64,000 bases of DNA from Azolla caroliniana (lineage: Eukaryota; Plantae; Polypodiophyta), in assembly GCA_043228905.1 (NCBI GenBank), contig JBHGNT010000011.1:2914001-2978000 (forward strand). The letters run 5' to 3'. Shown here one piece after another: positions 63,001 through 64,000 of this stretch. The position numbers were made by a program, and so were the translations under genes. The stretch's first letter is position 1; each line of letters starts with the position of its first letter. Below the pieces are notes generated by a model. That model worked only from the letters and a program-made list of their open reading frames with translations, was not told where the DNA came from and ran no database searches.

Positions 63001-63345
63001 AGTACTCTTGGGTTTCGATGGTTGAGGTTGTGAGGATATGGGTTCATGCTAACTTCATTATTATTTATGTTGCAGATGAATTGAGGATGGTTGCGGTGCT
63101 TGGATGATCCGCGGTGAATTTGTGGTGGAGGAGGCTTCGGGTTTGTTATTTGAGGCCAAGGGTTAGGGTTTGTGTTAGTGTTAGTTTTTAGGTTGGGAAT
63201 TGTTTTAGAGTTAGGGTTGGGATTAGGGTTGGGGTTTGTTCTCAAGTTAGGGTTAGGGTTATGGTTTGTTCTCATGTTAGAGTTAGGGTTTGTTCTCAAG
63301 TTAGGGTTAGGGTTAGGGTTTGTTCTCAAGTTAGGGTTAGGGTTT
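60014..63345 (-). pseudogene. PLE long ORF: Asn/Pro/His-rich N-terminal extension + basic patch + RT
   Basis: ORFs 62187-63386, 62123-62539 and 59694-61712 join through two frameshifts and one stop. KKRVTRRAKRISKRFK precedes the RT. No GIY-YIG motif seen. Confidence 0.75.
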
Positions 63346-63586
63346 CCCCTTATCACCATATCCCACTCACTCATCTGTCTTATCACCCTATCAATCTTCC
63401 TATCACCAACTCATTTCCCCCTTTATCACCACCCCCCCTATCATCAAGATCTTCCACCTTAAATCCTTACAACCTTCCATCTATTTACACTCTTATTACA
63501 CCCCACTCACTATGATTATACTTTCCCTCTTTCTCCTCCCTTCCCCATTCTCAACATCCTATATAAACCACCATTTGTATTTTCAT

Positions 63587-63641
63587 GACCTTTTGCACTG
63601 ATGAGCTCTAAGCGAGCGAAACTAGTTTGCTACATAAGGAC
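63587..63641 (+). ncRNA. Minimal type I hammerhead ribozyme in right pLTR
   Basis: CTGATGA (63598) GCTC-TAAGC-GAGC GAAA CTAG TT; stem I GCA/TGC plus CCTT/AAGG. Confidence 0.85.
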
Positions 63642-63671
63642 TTTCCTTTCATTTTAATGAAAACTTCTTGA

Positions 63672-63702
<31 letters not shown>

Positions 63703-63790
63703 CTTAGAATCTCTTCTTTTACTATTACATTATCTACTATATCACAAAGTCACCCGCACTCCTTGCTACAACCGAATGGTTAATAACAGA

Positions 63791-64000
63791 TAAATATGAG
63801 CCAAAATAGGAGCTGATGTAAATGCCATCTTAAGACCCTCAAAAGCCATGTTTGTGCCTTTAGACCAAACGAACGATTGTCCCTTCCTAGTGAGTTGTGT
63901 GAGAGGCAGAACAAGCTTTGAGTAATCCTATATAAACTTGCGGTAGAAATTGGCAAAGCCTAAAAAGCATTGCACATCTTGAAACGAACGCGGAGTCTGC
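63791..64000 (-). mobile_element. Upstream part of the same gypsy (RT thumb/connection)
   Basis: VQCFLGFANFYRKFI...PLTQLTRKG..FVWS...LKMAFTSAPILAHI, contiguous with KPFIIE at 53618. Confidence 0.9.

Larger units (their letters stand above)
53619..63790 (-). mobile_element. Penelope-like retroelement, endonuclease-deficient, with inverted pseudo-LTRs (53619-54088 / 63343-63790)
   Basis: PLE RT motifs NLS..L...E..LLNLGLKFIP, ILPADKN, YFLPKVHK..RPI, FDVESLYPSIP, YQQVKGTAMGSNFS, RYIDDAFGVW and PFLDL. ~450-bp inverted terminal repeats with hammerheads. It splits a gypsy reading frame. Confidence 0.9.

Overview
This is eukaryotic, TE-dense land-plant DNA. The element repertoire (RTEX-like LINEs, Tcn1-like gypsy, Penelope-like element, GA-rich LTRs) suggests a non-seed plant such as a fern, which is an inference. 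There are two host loci: an intact 8-exon PI-PLC X-domain gene (At5g67130-like, + strand, 32504-36537) and an acidic ORF on the - strand (11093-12142) with a decayed downstream part. Most other sequence is nested copia, gypsy and LINE remnants. Main points of interest: (1) A ~10.2 kb endonuclease-less Penelope-like retroelement (53619-63790) bounded by inverted pseudo-LTRs, each with a minimal hammerhead ribozyme. It has TTAGGG-like repeats at its 5' end and sits inside a gypsy RT/RNase H rather than at a telomere. (2) A very young gag-only element with two identical LTRs in inverted orientation and a 4-bp TSD (12376-13881). (3) tRNA-like Pol III A/B-box cassettes built into the U3 end of two gypsy-type LTRs. 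(4) An RTEX-like LINE family with (TCTT)/(CT) tails that lands in CT-containing sites. (5) A non-autonomous LTR element carrying a structured repeat-spacer array. Coordinates were counted by eye and may be off by a few bases; family names come from motif recognition, not database searches.
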